A DNA stretch of 63,970 nt, the filler included, from Licmophora abbreviata (taxonomy: Eukaryota): NCBI GenBank assembly GCA_900291995.1. It is 8 parts of 8 records of this genome, joined end to end, with 100 filler letters (N's around TTAATTAATTAA, not from the genome) between each part and the next. Parts side by side here need not be neighbours in the genome. Positions count along the whole stretch, not along the records: positions 18,772 to 43,918 come from OLMU01004247.1; positions 44,019 to 57,097 come from OLMU01004248.1; 6 more parts are not named here. The stretch is one strand, 5' to 3'. The notes beneath the pieces are model-generated. The model did not search any database and had not been told where the DNA came from. It saw only the letters and a program-made list of their open reading frames with translations. The position numbers were made by a program, and so were the translations under genes. Positions 35,828-47,961 of this stretch are shown here, in pieces (position 1 is the stretch's first letter; every line of letters starts with the position of its first letter).

Positions 35828-36341
35828 ATCGTTTGTCACCGGCTTGCACGGGGGGTTCTGAGACACACCGATGAAAAAGGTTCATGTTGTTAGAAACTCA
35901 GGCATCCTCCATATTAATCAGACTAGTTTATTTCTTGCGAAAGAGAGACCTGTACGATGAAGGTTTCACGTAAAGCGACGTAAACCTTGCAACAGTGATT
36001 CCTATCAGTCGTAGGTGCCATCTAGCTAGCACGACTTGATGTGTGTAACCCTCAGTTAGGAGAAATATATCCAGACAAATCGCACCGTGAACTATCTGTA
36101 GAAACGACTGCACTGCGGTATATGTCAAGGATGGTATTGAAACTTTTGATGGTGCTCTGCTACCCGTTCTTCAATTGTCTACCCAGTGACTGTCATGGTC
36201 GGGGTCAAAGTGGACAAAAGTGTCGCATGCATGACTGAGTTGTGGGATTGCGCGCGCTTTCTCAATTTTCATCACCGGCGGCGTCACAGATGACATCAAC
36301 CGCAGACGGCAGACATCACAGACATCACCGGGTCGTGCACC

Positions 36342-37823
36342 ATGACGACACCAACTTCTCCCAGCAGAATTGGCATTTTGGTGGTGGGATTGGGAGGCAA
36401 CAATGGCGTGACGCTCGTAGCTGGACACATTGCAAACAATCTTGGCTTGGAATGGGAATCGGCGGCCGCTGGACGCGTGAGGGCTCCCAATTGGAATGGA
36501 TGCATCACACAGCTGGAACCGCGAGGCGGCGGGGTCGGGTACAAGGGACGCTTTGATCTGGCGGATGCTGCCAACGCAGCCATCGGTGGATGGGACATTC
36601 GACCGACACCATTGGGTGATGCGCTTTACGAATCTCGTGTGCTGGACTAGGATCTGGTCCGTCAAGTGAGGGACGAAATGAACGCCATGACAATCATGAA
36701 GGGTATCTACGACGCATCGTTTCTTGGGGAAAGTCAGCATGAGACAGCTACACACGTTGTGAAGGATGAACCAACGCTCTTTGAACAGGTGCAGCATATT
36801 CGGAACGATATTCGAGCCTTCATTCGCGAGAAGGAGGTAGACGGGCACACAACCGTCATCTGGAGCGCCAGTGTCGAGCGACCGTCCGATGTGGAGTTTC
36901 CAGATGCGTTCACCCTGCTAAAGGTTATCCTCAAGAATGACACTCGTTACGATGTTTCGCCCTCTATGATTTATGCTGTTGCCTCCGCCATGGAAGGGTG
37001 CTCGTTCGTCAATGGGGGTTCGCAGAACACAGTCTCCAAGGCAATGTGTGAACTGTACGACTGTTCCTTTCGTATCATGCAGCCATCTGCTACACTGAAA
37101 CGCTTTCCAGAAGTATCTGTGCGTTCTGCGTATATTCTCGGAACAGATTTCAAGGCAGGACAGACAAAGTTCAAGACAGCTGCTGTGGAGTACACACGGG
37201 CTCTCGGGTTGACTCCACGAGTGATCGCTAGTTCGAATCATCTCGGCAACAACGACATGCTCAACTTGACTTCCAAAAAGACTATCGAAGCCAAGATGCG
37301 TGTGAAAAAGGACATTTTCGGCCCATGGCAAGAGACAGATCTGGATCACCAAGTTCGAGTCATGTACACGCCTTTCATGGGCGACGAGAAGCGGGATGTG
37401 GTAGAGTACACTTCACTTGGCTTCTTGTCGTGTCCCCATACCATGTTGACGTATACGAGATGCATGGATTCAGTCCTTTGTGTTCCTCTTATGGTGGATG
37501 TCGCTGTGTGGTGCGACTACTTTGCTCGCCATGATATCACGTCGGACAAAGTCGCGCGGGCCACTGCGTATTTGTTCAAAGTGCCGGAGGGAGGTGCCAA
37601 GGGTGTGGATCCAGGGTTTCACCATCAGATGCAGCAACTGGAGGCTATGTTACACGAGACGGCAAACGAGGAAACAAGCGAGACAGTGACACGTCTGAGC
37701 AAGTTTCTCACGCTTGCAAAAGAAAAAGGGATCGTTAGCGCTGAACAAGTCAACGCTCTTGTTGGGTTGGCTTCGCAGCCACCGCCGCAGCAGACAGAAC
37801 TCAAAGCTCGTGATTTTACATGA
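36342..37823 (+). CDS. INO1: myo-inositol-1-phosphate synthase with in-frame TAG at 36648-36650 (pseudogene, read-through or error)
   Basis: [50 protein letters not shown] and GDEKR. The two ORFs are in the same frame. Confidence 0.88.
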
Positions 37824-38076
37824 TGGCGCATCGTAGTAGCCTTAATCACATTTATCAGATTTCACATGCTACTGTCGCAGTGACCGGTGACCCTTGTCGT
37901 CCTCAGTCTAGATCGTACTTGGAACTTTCAATGAAGGTACTAGAGTTGGCATCAGCGTTGTTTTCTGTCTTTTCGTCTGAGTTACGCTGGTTGTAGTACC
38001 GGTAGATGTACTCGATCCTTCTTAGTGGTATATGACTCCGATCTGCTCTCCCATCGGACACAGCGACACAGCCAGA

Positions 38077-39522
38077 TCAAGTCCTGTTAGTACTTTCCGG
38101 AATCTCACAAAGAGATGCGATTACTTCCCGCAAATCTGTTCGCAGTATGGTTGTGTTGACAATCAAATCTGACTGCTTATACTCCCATGCTGGACACTCA
38201 ACAACGTTAGTATGTCGGTTACACTGTTCCATCATGCCAGCCAGTCGCGTGTTGTTGTGAGGCAGATGTCCTAGCGACAGAATGTATTTCTTGGCAAATG
38301 CCTGACCATTCACCATGAAATGATCATTGGCAAAGATCGAGGCTACTTCGATGAATGCTACGTCAGGAGGACTGAAAAGCATGTTCGCAAGATGTGATCC
38401 ATGACTTGATATCAAAATATCAAACGAGTTGAAAAGTGCCATCTGCTCCTCGAAGGAAGACTCAGAGCTCAAAGTAACAACGGAGAGCGGTATATCAGAA
38501 TACTCACCAACAACCCTCTTGATATCATCCATATTGACAAGCAGCCGCAGAGCCGTTCCTTCTGTTCTCTTCCAAACTGCAATGCGTAAGCCCCTTGCGC
38601 ATACCAATTTATCCCTGCCAGGGAAAAACTTGGTCTGTATCAACGTCTGCCACTCATCCACAACTGAAGGTGGATTCGTTCCCAGATAGCGCGCTGAAGA
38701 GAAGGGCTCCTGGTACACTTCTCTTCCACATACGACAATATCATCGGTATTTACCCCTGGAGTCCCATAAGGAGGACGTGCACTTCTGTTGAAAGGTACG
38801 AAGGGCAGGTACATGCTCACTAGATCTCTTGGACCGGTTACAACTCCACGAGAAAATGCATGCTCCCACAAGAGATGGCTGATCCGATCTGCCCAATTCC
38901 AATGAGGAGGCATGCAATGGTGATACAAGAGTAGATCGAAATGGAGTGATGCATTGGTATAGAACCCACTTGACGCAACAAAAAGCTTTCCGTGCCCCAT
39001 CAAGAAGTGCGCAGGATTCACACTTGTCTGACCGTGCCGCCAACAACTCATAGTTAAGACTTTGTCAGCAAAGTAGACGTTTTTTAAAGTGCGGTACCTT
39101 TCGTAAGGAACAAGCCAAGGTCTCCTGGGAGTCGTGACTTGGTTACGTCTCGACATGAACTTGTTCCACTCAATCGAGGATTCATTTGTCTTGGAATCTG
39201 GTACGTCAAATATCATCATTCCGTCATGTTGAGAGAAGCAGACATTTGTAAAGCGGCAAAACCCCTTATCTGTGCAACCATGGAACTGTGGAGCAGGAAA
39301 ATTCTCAACTCCAAGCGCCGTTGAATGCTTTGTAAGGTAGGGCGAGTGAGATGGGTCCATCAGCGCTGTGATATTCTCAATCTGTCCCGAGCTTGACGGA
39401 GATTCTTTCTCGTGAGATTCTGGCCGTGAGTTCGGAGCGAACAGAATGATAGTAGAGAACTGACTGCCTGCCGAGACAGCAACGATCAGTGCACCAATCA
39501 CACGCCATGAAAAGGTCGTCAT
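38077..39522 (-). CDS. Glycosyltransferase family 61 (DUF563)-like type II membrane protein
   Basis: N-terminal TM, CRFTNVC, NPAHFL and SFEEQMALFNSFDILISSHGSHLANMLF...FIEV. Confidence 0.8.
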   Translation of the reverse strand: MTTFSWRVIGALIVAVSAGSQFSTIILFAPNSRPESHEKESPSSSGQIENITALMDPSHSPYLTKHSTALGVENFPAPQFHGCTDKGFCRFTNVCFSQHDGMMIFDVPDSKTNESSIEWNKFMSRRNQVTTPRRPWLVPYERYRTLKNVYFADKVLTMSCWRHGQTSVNPAHFLMGHGKLFVASSGFYTNASLHFDLLLYHHCMPPHWNWADRISHLLWEHAFSRGVVTGPRDLVSMYLPFVPFNRSARPPYGTPGVNTDDIVVCGREVYQEPFSSARYLGTNPPSVVDEWQTLIQTKFFPGRDKLVCARGLRIAVWKRTEGTALRLLVNMDDIKRVVGEYSDIPLSVVTLSSESSFEEQMALFNSFDILISSHGSHLANMLFSPPDVAFIEVASIFANDHFMVNGQAFAKKYILSLGHLPHNNTRLAGMMEQCNRHTNVVECPAWEYKQSDLIVNTTILRTDLREVIASLCEIPESTNRT

Positions 39523-39901
39523 GACGAACAAGCTACTATGCTATTTGGCTTCTGCTATTTTGCTTTTTTTGTGGTGTGATGAGAACGGGAATAAAATCTT
39601 TTTGATCTTGCGTTGGGCCCTTCTGACATTTCAGAATTAACGATCAGCGATGACTCATATGTCCATCGAGTCCCTAAGAATTAGAAAGTTGCGTAGAATA
39701 ACTACTTGGGCCTACGAGTGAGCGAAAAGACCGTTGTTCACGCACGCGAGTGTGTTGTGCCTTTTTCTTTTGCCCCGCGTCTCATTTTTTCGCGCGACCA
39801 TGCGATGACCGTGGAGCGTTGACTCTTGACTTGCTTGCCTTCCCTGCCGTCGCAATCGCCTTTCCTTCATCTTCACCCCCTTCCCCAGAGTAGTGTTGAC
39901 T

Positions 39902-40729
39902 ATGCCGTCTGGTACAAACTACGTTCTATCCTTGCTGGAGGACGTTGAGACGCAGGAATGCGCCAATTGCCTTCTGGCACTAAAGAACCCAACCGTGACT
40001 GCTCAGCACGATTCCAAGACGGATGAGATGCCTGCCCCCAAGACCGCAGATGAGGAGACGGAGTTCAAGAATGAGCGTAGGAACTCATACGATAGTCTTG
40101 ATAGTAAAGATCCTTCTCTCCTGGATGAGCAGTCTTCACACTCTTCAATGCTTTCTGATGCAGACATCGGGTCATTACTGGGTGACACCAGGCTGGTTCA
40201 CATCGAAGACCGACGCCTTGTGCCAGACTCAATCTTCATTGCCATGGCCCAAATGAAAGTCTGTAAGCTGACAGAGTCCGACAAGGTGGGGAGCTACAAG
40301 AACCGTACGACTGGGTTCATCGGCATGTGCTGTAAGCACTGCGGACAGCGCCGGTCATTCCCCAGCACACTAAGGTGCCTCGCGCAGACTACTACCTCGC
40401 AAACCATTGTGAAGCATATCTCGAGCAAATGTCAGTACAGTCCTCAAGACGTATGCGACAAGGTTCGGGAGCTGCAAATGCTGGAAGCCATGGAGTCGGA
40501 GTCTACCGATATGGTCGTGAATGGTAGGAGACGCTATGGATCACGCAAGGTCTTCTTTCAACGTATCTGGGACCGTCTCCACAACAAACCCACAGACTCG
40601 CCGAAAGAGATCTCTAGTAGTGAGGACGAGAGTTTGACTGACGCCGAGTCTGCATCGCCGAACAAGCGTAAACTACGATTCGGAACGTTGCCAACAAAGC
40701 AGAACCGCAAGCGACGAAAAATTGCTTGA
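39902..40729 (+). CDS. Diatom-type 'GxCCKHC' domain protein with basic C-terminal NLS-like motifs
   Basis: DRRLVPDSIFIAMAQM...IGMCCKHC...IVKHISSKC...YGSRKVFFQRIWDRLH. KRKLR and RKRRK near the C-terminus. Confidence 0.75.
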   Translation: MPSGTNYVLSLLEDVETQECANCLLALKNPTVTAQHDSKTDEMPAPKTADEETEFKNERRNSYDSLDSKDPSLLDEQSSHSSMLSDADIGSLLGDTRLVHIEDRRLVPDSIFIAMAQMKVCKLTESDKVGSYKNRTTGFIGMCCKHCGQRRSFPSTLRCLAQTTTSQTIVKHISSKCQYSPQDVCDKVRELQMLEAMESESTDMVVNGRRRYGSRKVFFQRIWDRLHNKPTDSPKEISSSEDESLTDAESASPNKRKLRFGTLPTKQNRKRRKIA

Positions 40730-40959
40730 CTTTAGCCGCTCTGAGAAACCTCAAGACCATATTCCCTATTTGCAAAACACCGCGTAGAGACGTCCACTCT
40801 AACGACAAGTAACTTCATATTCTAAATTATCCAGAGGAAATCGATACTGTGCCACTTGCTTCGTATGCAGGAGAGTTCGTCGTTCGGCCGGGCGCCTCCA
40901 CGTTTCGCCTGCCCTACCGATCAGAGTGCTGTGACTAAAATGGCCAACGCCTGACAAAA

Positions 40960-43900
40960 CTAGCGCTTGTCGTCCTCGATGGACTCAGTCAAAAGCTCGA
41001 GTAGCTTGTCGAAACCGATTGCTCTCCACAAGGCTTGCCAAGAGTTATCGATTTCGGGAGCGTCCACTGGTCTACGCGCAACCGTATGCATCTGTTCGGG
41101 ACTGGCACCGTAGGGATACATGCCAGCCTGTTTTGCTCGGGCATGCATGGCAGTCATCGCATCATCAGTCATGACGGGATCTCGGCTAAGAAAGTTGATC
41201 CCTTCAAAGACGCGGACACCCCCTCGCTCCAAACATTGAAACTGAATAGCTTCTTTGTAGGCTCCCGTTTCCGAGTCCTTCTTGATGTCGACAATGTAGT
41301 TGGGGAATTCCACCCCAAACCCCTTTTCTCTCAAGACACCTGGTGGGTCGTTTTCATCTACTCGACCAAATAAGAAGTAATGGGCTCCGTTGGCGACCGG
41401 CGACTTGTCCCACGACAAGGGTGCCGAATCGGGAGCAGGACCTTTCACCGCGAAATCATCGATCCACCCTTTTCCACCCTCGGTAAGCTGTGCAAATGCG
41501 AGTAATGGGGTGGGCATGGCATTAGTCAGAGAAACGCATCATGTAAAAAACAACACACCTGTCATGTACCGGACGGACCTTAATGTCTAGGGTTGTGTCA
41601 TACACCTCTTTGAACTGAGTCCAGTCATGGAACTTGTGTTCGTACCACTTTCCTTGGTACTTTTCAATGTCAAAATTGTCCATCGACGGCTGGCGTACAT
41701 CGTCGTATGCAGGACACCCCCGAACAATCGCGCCATTGTATCCGTCGTCCAGCGCAAGATTGTAGTCACCAAGACCGGCTTGTCCATCCAAACCTGCACC
41801 CACATAGGCAAAGAAAGCAGTAAGCACAGCAATATTGACAGCGTCACGGAGTTGAGAAGATAGAGTGACTGCCCCGATAAAGAGTAGATTGGCTGCAAGA
41901 AACGTTGCTGGTACAAGATCGCCAACGAGCGGGCCTGGACTACCATGCAGCAGATCACTCAAAGCAAGAACTGGAGGAAGAATCGGGTGTCCTGCAGCAA
42001 AGAAGATCCAGAACTGCAAGGCCGCCCAGAAGTCTGCGGGATCAGCCACATTGGCCTTCATCTGAGACACAGAATGAAAGAACTCTTGATAGGCTGCCGT
42101 ATGCGTTGCAATTGCACTAGTTCCAATCACAGCAGTCGCAATGGGAAAAATGTTCGATGAGAGAGGACCAGGCGATCTGACATCCTTCTGAGTCAATATG
42201 GTGTCTAGAATGGAGATAAAATCGTCCGCAAACTCCGCAGCGGTCTCGTCGGTCACAATTGGTCTGGCTGGATGGAAAGTGCATTGCATCTCGCCGCCAA
42301 CAGTCATGCAAGTCACGGGGTAGAGGCACCCTGTTCGAGAATGGGAAGATCCGGCATAGATATCGAGAACTTGGTATCTCCCGTGTTTCAACTGAAATAA
42401 CCAAATCACAAGGGAGCGTCAGCAAATCTATTTTCTTCACATGCATTGGCTCTTATTCATCAAGTGAGCAGGAAGCTTACCTGGATGAGACTCCGCTCAT
42501 TGTCGCCTTCCCGACGAACAGCTTCTTGTCGTTCGTACACACCGACATTGGTGATTCCAGCACTGTACGCTCGCCCCAGAGTATCTTTCGACAACGACGT
42601 CACATGAACTAAGTTGTTCAAATCACTTATGTTCATGGTGAAATCAAAGACGCGCGCTGCCTCTTGTGGTCCACCCGACTTAATAAACTTTTCGGTCTGT
42701 TTCTTTCCTTCTCGCGCCAACCGCCAAAACTGTGAAAGGCGTTCTTTGCTAGGCTCCTCGCACAGTGCCTTACCAGAGCGATCACGCAACGGCCCATACA
42801 TGAGATCCATACTACTTGCCATACAAGCTACCGTCTCACACTTGTCAAGTTTGTCTCCGAACCGACGCATATCTAACGACTGAAGAATCTTGTAGTTTCG
42901 TTTCTTGCCTTTTTCCACACCCCCGTCTATAAAATCAGTCGATGCCAAGGTTACTGCCGCCGACAAGGCGTTTGTGACAGAAACGCCCTGACTCCGACAC
43001 TTCTCCAGCAACATCTTCACTTTATCTTTGGACAGCTTCCGAAACTGCAAAGTGGTTGCTCGCTCCTGGTTGCTTTCTCCTCCAGCAGCCTGACCCGAAA
43101 TGACGGTAAGAGCGCCTAACGGACTGCCCCCGCCCGCTTGCAAGTCATCTGGCACTATTACTGGACTCTTAAATCCTTCCAACGCCTTGTCCAACACGTA
43201 GCGAGCGGTAGTTGGCGAGGCACCCTCTAAAATGTTCTCTCGTGAGCGATAGCCTTTTCCGAGAACAGAGTCTTCGAGCGCCAATGGCAAGCTTTTCTTG
43301 ACCGCAGGCTTGACCACACGCTTGGACGTTTCAATGCTATCAACGTTTGCAACAATTTCGTCCAATAAGACATTGACGGATCCTTGATCACTAATGGCGT
43401 GATTGAAAGCCATCAGCAAAGCACAGGGCGCGTTCTTGCTGTTACCTAGACGATGCAACTGGACCTTCCAAAGTGGGCCTGTCTCAACCTGACACCACTC
43501 ATCATCGTCGATATGAAATTGAAATGACTTTTGCCAGCTTCTATTGAGCGCATCTCGATCTGAATCCCCGCTCATTTTCTCCACATTGACAATCTCCAGT
43601 ACATCGCTACTGCTAAACCTCGATTGAGCCGGCGCCACAAAGGTAAGAGGATTCGGCTCTCCCTCGCGGACCATCTGAAAGAGATCAATGCGTTTCGTCG
43701 GTTCTCCATCACCCTCCACATACGCCCGTAAGAGTGGATGCGTCTCCATACTCAGCTCAAGGACTTGGCGAAGAGCCTCCTCCGACGGTGTCGCACTGAG
43801 GACACAGGCCATGACATGGTTCAATTGCGGAAAGGTCACGTCCTCATTGGGACCGTATTGACGGGGCAGCATGAGATTCTCTTGGGAACCCAGTACCCGC

Positions 43901-44227
43901 CGCTCCGACGTATCTTCGNNNNNNNNNNNNNNNNNNNNNNNNNNNNNNNNNNNNNNNNNNNNTTAATTAATTAANNNNNNNNNNNNNNNNNNNNNNNNNN
44001 NNNNNNNNNNNNNNNNNNAGTACCCGCCGCTCCGACGTATCTTCGGAAGAGATTCCTGAAAACGGTTCTGCAGTGTCAGTTTCGACGGCTCGCAGTACTC
44101 TAGTAGGCTGCCGGTGATGGTTGCTTGGGGAAAACGTGTTGGTGGTTGGGGTGAAGGAATTCACCCTCAACGTCGACTGAGTCGCAGCCATGAATGCTAC
44201 TATCCAAAGAGAAGCCCTACGGTTCAT
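40960..44227 (-). CDS. Fusion protein: presequence + HxxxD condensation/alcohol-acyltransferase-like domain + TM helices + lipocalin-like domain; introns 42392-42480 and 41488-41578; spans a false gap
   Basis: THPLLRA, GPLWKV and FNHAISD motifs. FDIEKYQGKWYE lipocalin SCR1. Both introns are phase-0 GT-AG. The 27-nt overlap across the linker keeps the frame. Confidence 0.78.
43919..44018. other. Assembly linker; 27-nt overlap (43892-43918 = 44019-44045)
   Basis: AGTACCCGCCGCTCCGACGTATCTTCG lies on both sides. Confidence 0.97.
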
Positions 44228-44417
44228 TTCTGAAATAGATCAAGCAACCTTGCTTCTAGAGAAGATATTCGATGCAGTCTATAGCTTTTCCGGTGATCCA
44301 ATCATGGTCGAATGATGTTGGATGATGGTCGCAAAAGCGCAAAACCTCACATTGGAAAAAAAGCGCGCAAAGCTAGTTGAAGTTTCTGGATCGCGATCCG
44401 GCCGGCGTCCGTCGACA

Positions 44418-46934
44418 ATGATTCATTCGACTCGACTCATTCCAAGTCTGGCCGTCGTCACAAGAGCATTTCACTCGCAGCACACGCACCACAACAGCGC
44501 CGCTCATTTTCGTGACACAGCAGCAAGCGAAGCGACCATGATGAGCGGAGTAAATAGCCGGCGTTTCATGTCGCCACACATCGGTGGGCCAAGGATCAAG
44601 CACTTGGCAACGGGTGTCGCTTGTTTCCCGGGAAGTCAAATTGTTTTGGATCTTTGTTCTCTGCTGGTCAGCCTGACGAAAGGCATCAGTTTGCAAGGAG
44701 GCTGAGTAGTCGAACGAAGGGCAGTGCTGGTTCCTCCTCCTGGGTGGACCAAGACGACGCCGATTCCGATTTCGGAGATGGTTTTGAAGAAAAGCGCGAA
44801 TTCACTGCGAATGAAATGGAGTTCTTTGATGACATTCAAGATGAGATGATTCAACAAAAGGAAGCGGAACATCAGGCAGAAAAAGAAGAGCGCGAACGAC
44901 AACAACAAGCACAGCAAGTTCGAGATGAGCTCGATGCCAAGAAAGGACGGCTCTGGTCCGATCCGTGGGAAATCACAGACGATGACTGGAGTAACAGGAG
45001 AACGTTTGAGGACTTGCCTGATTGGTCGCCTGACATGTGCTCTCGGATAAGCATGGAACGTGTTCAAGTGCATCCTGGTGAGTCCTGACTGCACCGATTG
45101 CGCAGTCTCCCTCCCTGGCACTGCCTACCAGTCCATTCCTCGCCCTCAATTGCCAAACTGACTAACTTTATCTCATTCCCACCTCCTAGATGGCATTCTA
45201 ACACTCGAGGTGCTTGCTAATCTGCCGTTACCTCCGCCTCCACCTCCCCACCCCGGCCACGGCGATCCCACTCCGTATGCCTCTCGTCGCACTGGCTACC
45301 TCTCGCAACGCATCAAAGACCTTGTTGTTGAACTCGCAGAACCACGCATTGCAGCCATCTTGAAACTATCAGATTGGAGTGAAAAGCAGGATCGCGTCGA
45401 TGAGCTATATGAATCCATCGAATTTCAGCTAAGAGATAGCGAGACTGTCCTTGGGAAGCACCCCATGTTTGGCGAATGGGTCGAGTCGGCCTTGGAGCAG
45501 TACTTGAAATCCATTGAGCAGAGAGAGCGTAAGACCACTGTGGCGAAGCTTATGGAAAGTGCGAAACGTGTCGCCGAAACCAAGCTCAGCGCCATGTTGG
45601 AAAATCCCAACACCCCAGAGATGGAAAAGCGAGAAGCTTTGGCAGCCGAAGTGCGAAAGGCAAATGGAGATTTGGCTTTGCTCCCTCAATTTAATTCCTT
45701 GGTGAAAAAAGCGTTGAAGCAAAATGCAAAGAATGCCACCTTGCAGGGCGAGGCTGCTGCGGCGCTCGAAACGTCCAAGTCGGAGGACGCTCCGTCGGAC
45801 TCTACAGCCACTCCTGTGTTTATGGACCTTTATGCTTCCAGCGATGGTCCAACTGTGGTTGTTCCTTCCATCCTAAATCCACTCGCACCGCACGCAAAGG
45901 ATGGGCCTGGTCGAATGGTAGAAGAGTGGGAGCTGGCGGCACACAAGGAAACGAAGCGAATCATGCTACGAAGTTGCATTCGTGAGATGGCGCGCGTCTT
46001 GCACAATGAGGTCTCCTCTCGTCTCGTCGTGACAGGACGAAGGGGAGTTGGTAAGTCGGCAGCACTGAGCGCCATTGTGGCGTCAGCGCGCAAGTCGGGT
46101 CATATCGTTCTGTTTCTTCCGGATGGAGATCGCATGAAGCGGAACTTTCATTACATTCAGCCGAACGCTCGACGAGAGGGCATCTTTGATCTTCCAGTAC
46201 TGTCAATGGAGGTATGTGGTCAGTTTCTGCAAAGTCATGAGTCCGATCTGGCTGGGATGTCGATTAATTCCGAAGGAATGGAAAAATTCTTCACGGAAGC
46301 TCAAATCAAGAAACTTCCCATCGAGTCAACAGAAAATGTTTCGCTCGTCGACCTTCTGCGGGTTGGAAGCGAAAATACCGACTTGGCTGCCATGTGCTAT
46401 TCTGTGGTGGTGCATTCGCTCATGAACCAGACAGAGAAACCATTCTTGATGGTGTTGGACGAGTTCAACAGCTATTTTGACTACAACCAGTACTTTCACA
46501 TGGAATACGATATGACGGTTCGCAAGCCGATTCCTCCTGAGCAAGTTTCGCTTTATCAACCAGCTTTGAATGCGCTTGGCTTGTCCGTATCAGATGAAGT
46601 CATCGTGAAGCCAACGCTCTCGGTCAAAAGAGGCGGGGTCCTGGTGGGAATGACGGAATCGAAGGCCGTGGCCTGTAGTGCTACCGATGCGCTTGTTGCG
46701 TCGGCAAGACGAGAAACCACGGATCCAGATTCTGAGGCGAAAATGCACATTATTGATGTACCGCGTTATTCTATTCTGGAATCACAACACATTGTCTCGA
46801 ACATGGAGGCGATAGGCATTGGCCGTCTACGATTTGATCGCGGGGATACAGTCATGAATGACAACGAGGTTGCGTATCTACGGATGGTGTCGGGTGGAGC
46901 CGGACAACATCTGTTGGACGCTTGCATTTTATAA
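44418..46934 (+). CDS. DAP3: Mitochondrial ribosomal protein mS29/DAP3-like; intron 45078-45189; probable 1-nt frameshift between 44558 and 44705
   Basis: P-loop TGRRGVGKS, IVLFLPDG, LMVLDEFN and VPRYS...SGG. The N-terminus resembles a mitochondrial presequence. Confidence 0.75.
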
Positions 46935-47025
46935 TGTAGAGGCAAGAGCATAAGCTACCTTCCAGTATATATGACATTATTGCTACTGATGTAGGACAGT
47001 GCTACGACATAAAAGAGCTTTGGAG

Positions 47026-47961
47026 TCAAAGCTCAATGTTCGCCTTCACGAGATCGGATCGAACCTGCACGACAATCAAGCCTTCCTTTTCCCATCGATC
47101 ATCACTCGTATCTTGAGGACTGACGAAGATACGAAGCCTTGGCTCAGCATAAAGGATGCGCAGATAGCCTGTCCCGGCAATAGGAATATCAAATACCGCA
47201 TTCATGAAGTGAAGGCTTCCTTTCGAAACAGTCACCACACAATCCGTTGGACAAGTGAGCATACTGCCAATAACGGAATCGCTCTTCTCAGCCTTTTCTC
47301 CGAATACCGAAAGAAGACCGTTTCGTGTCTTCTTTTCTCTTTGTGGTGGCTCCAAGTCATCTGGTGGCAGTGTGCCATCTCTTTCATACGTTCCATAGGC
47401 TCGGACATGCAAGGCTGGGTCCAATTTGAACATCTGTCAGTGTCACCGAAAAGCACCGACGTCGACGGTTGATCTCACACAAGAGTCCTTACCTTTTCCA
47501 AAGATTTCTGCATAGTTGATGACTGACTTTTCTCCGTCCTTATGGTATACATACCGCTGCCCTTGAATGTCTTCGCGGACAATTCCAAACTTCGCCCACA
47601 GTGGCGGGGGTCCTCTCTTGTAGCACACAACATACAATGGAGGATTCAAACACTCGTCTGGGTCAAAGGTCACCTTGCTATCAACTAGGACATCGACAAG
47701 GAGGTCGATTCGCTTTGTTTTGTTGTCCTCCTGTCCTCCGTTCTTCCGACGGCGCTCAATCAATAGTGACAGGAGCTCGTTGGCAGCTTCCTTGACTGTT
47801 GGCGAAACAAGTGTTGACGCGGGAGCCTGTTTCCTTAGAGCGGGTCGAGCGAAAACCTGTGTTTGACTTCGAAGCGAAGCTACTGGTCTCGTCACAAAGC
47901 CCTTTAAGAGATAGCACTGAAGTAGCAGCAAGAGCAGCGTGACCCTCAAACTATGCGACAT
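47026..47961 (-). CDS. PAP/fibrillin-like plastid protein, intron 47415-47492
   Basis: Signal ends KG/F. Spliced INYAEIFGK|ALHVRAYG. C-terminal GTGYLRILYAEPRLRIF. Confidence 0.6.

Noticed and set aside
35063..35866. Long antisense ORFs (also 6552-7298, 11045-11728, 21496-22455, 56075-56716)
   Set aside because: They are shadows of well-supported, codon-biased genes on the opposite strand and contain no motifs.
36648..36650. Genome-wide TAG reassignment or pyrrolysine
   Set aside because: TAG terminates transaldolase, cpn20, TauE and others at their expected C-termini.
15529..47961. A carotenoid or plastid 'gene cluster' (ABA4-like, lipocalin fusion, fibrillin)
   Set aside because: The genes are tens of kb apart and interspersed with unrelated genes, and plastid-targeted genes are common in algal genomes.
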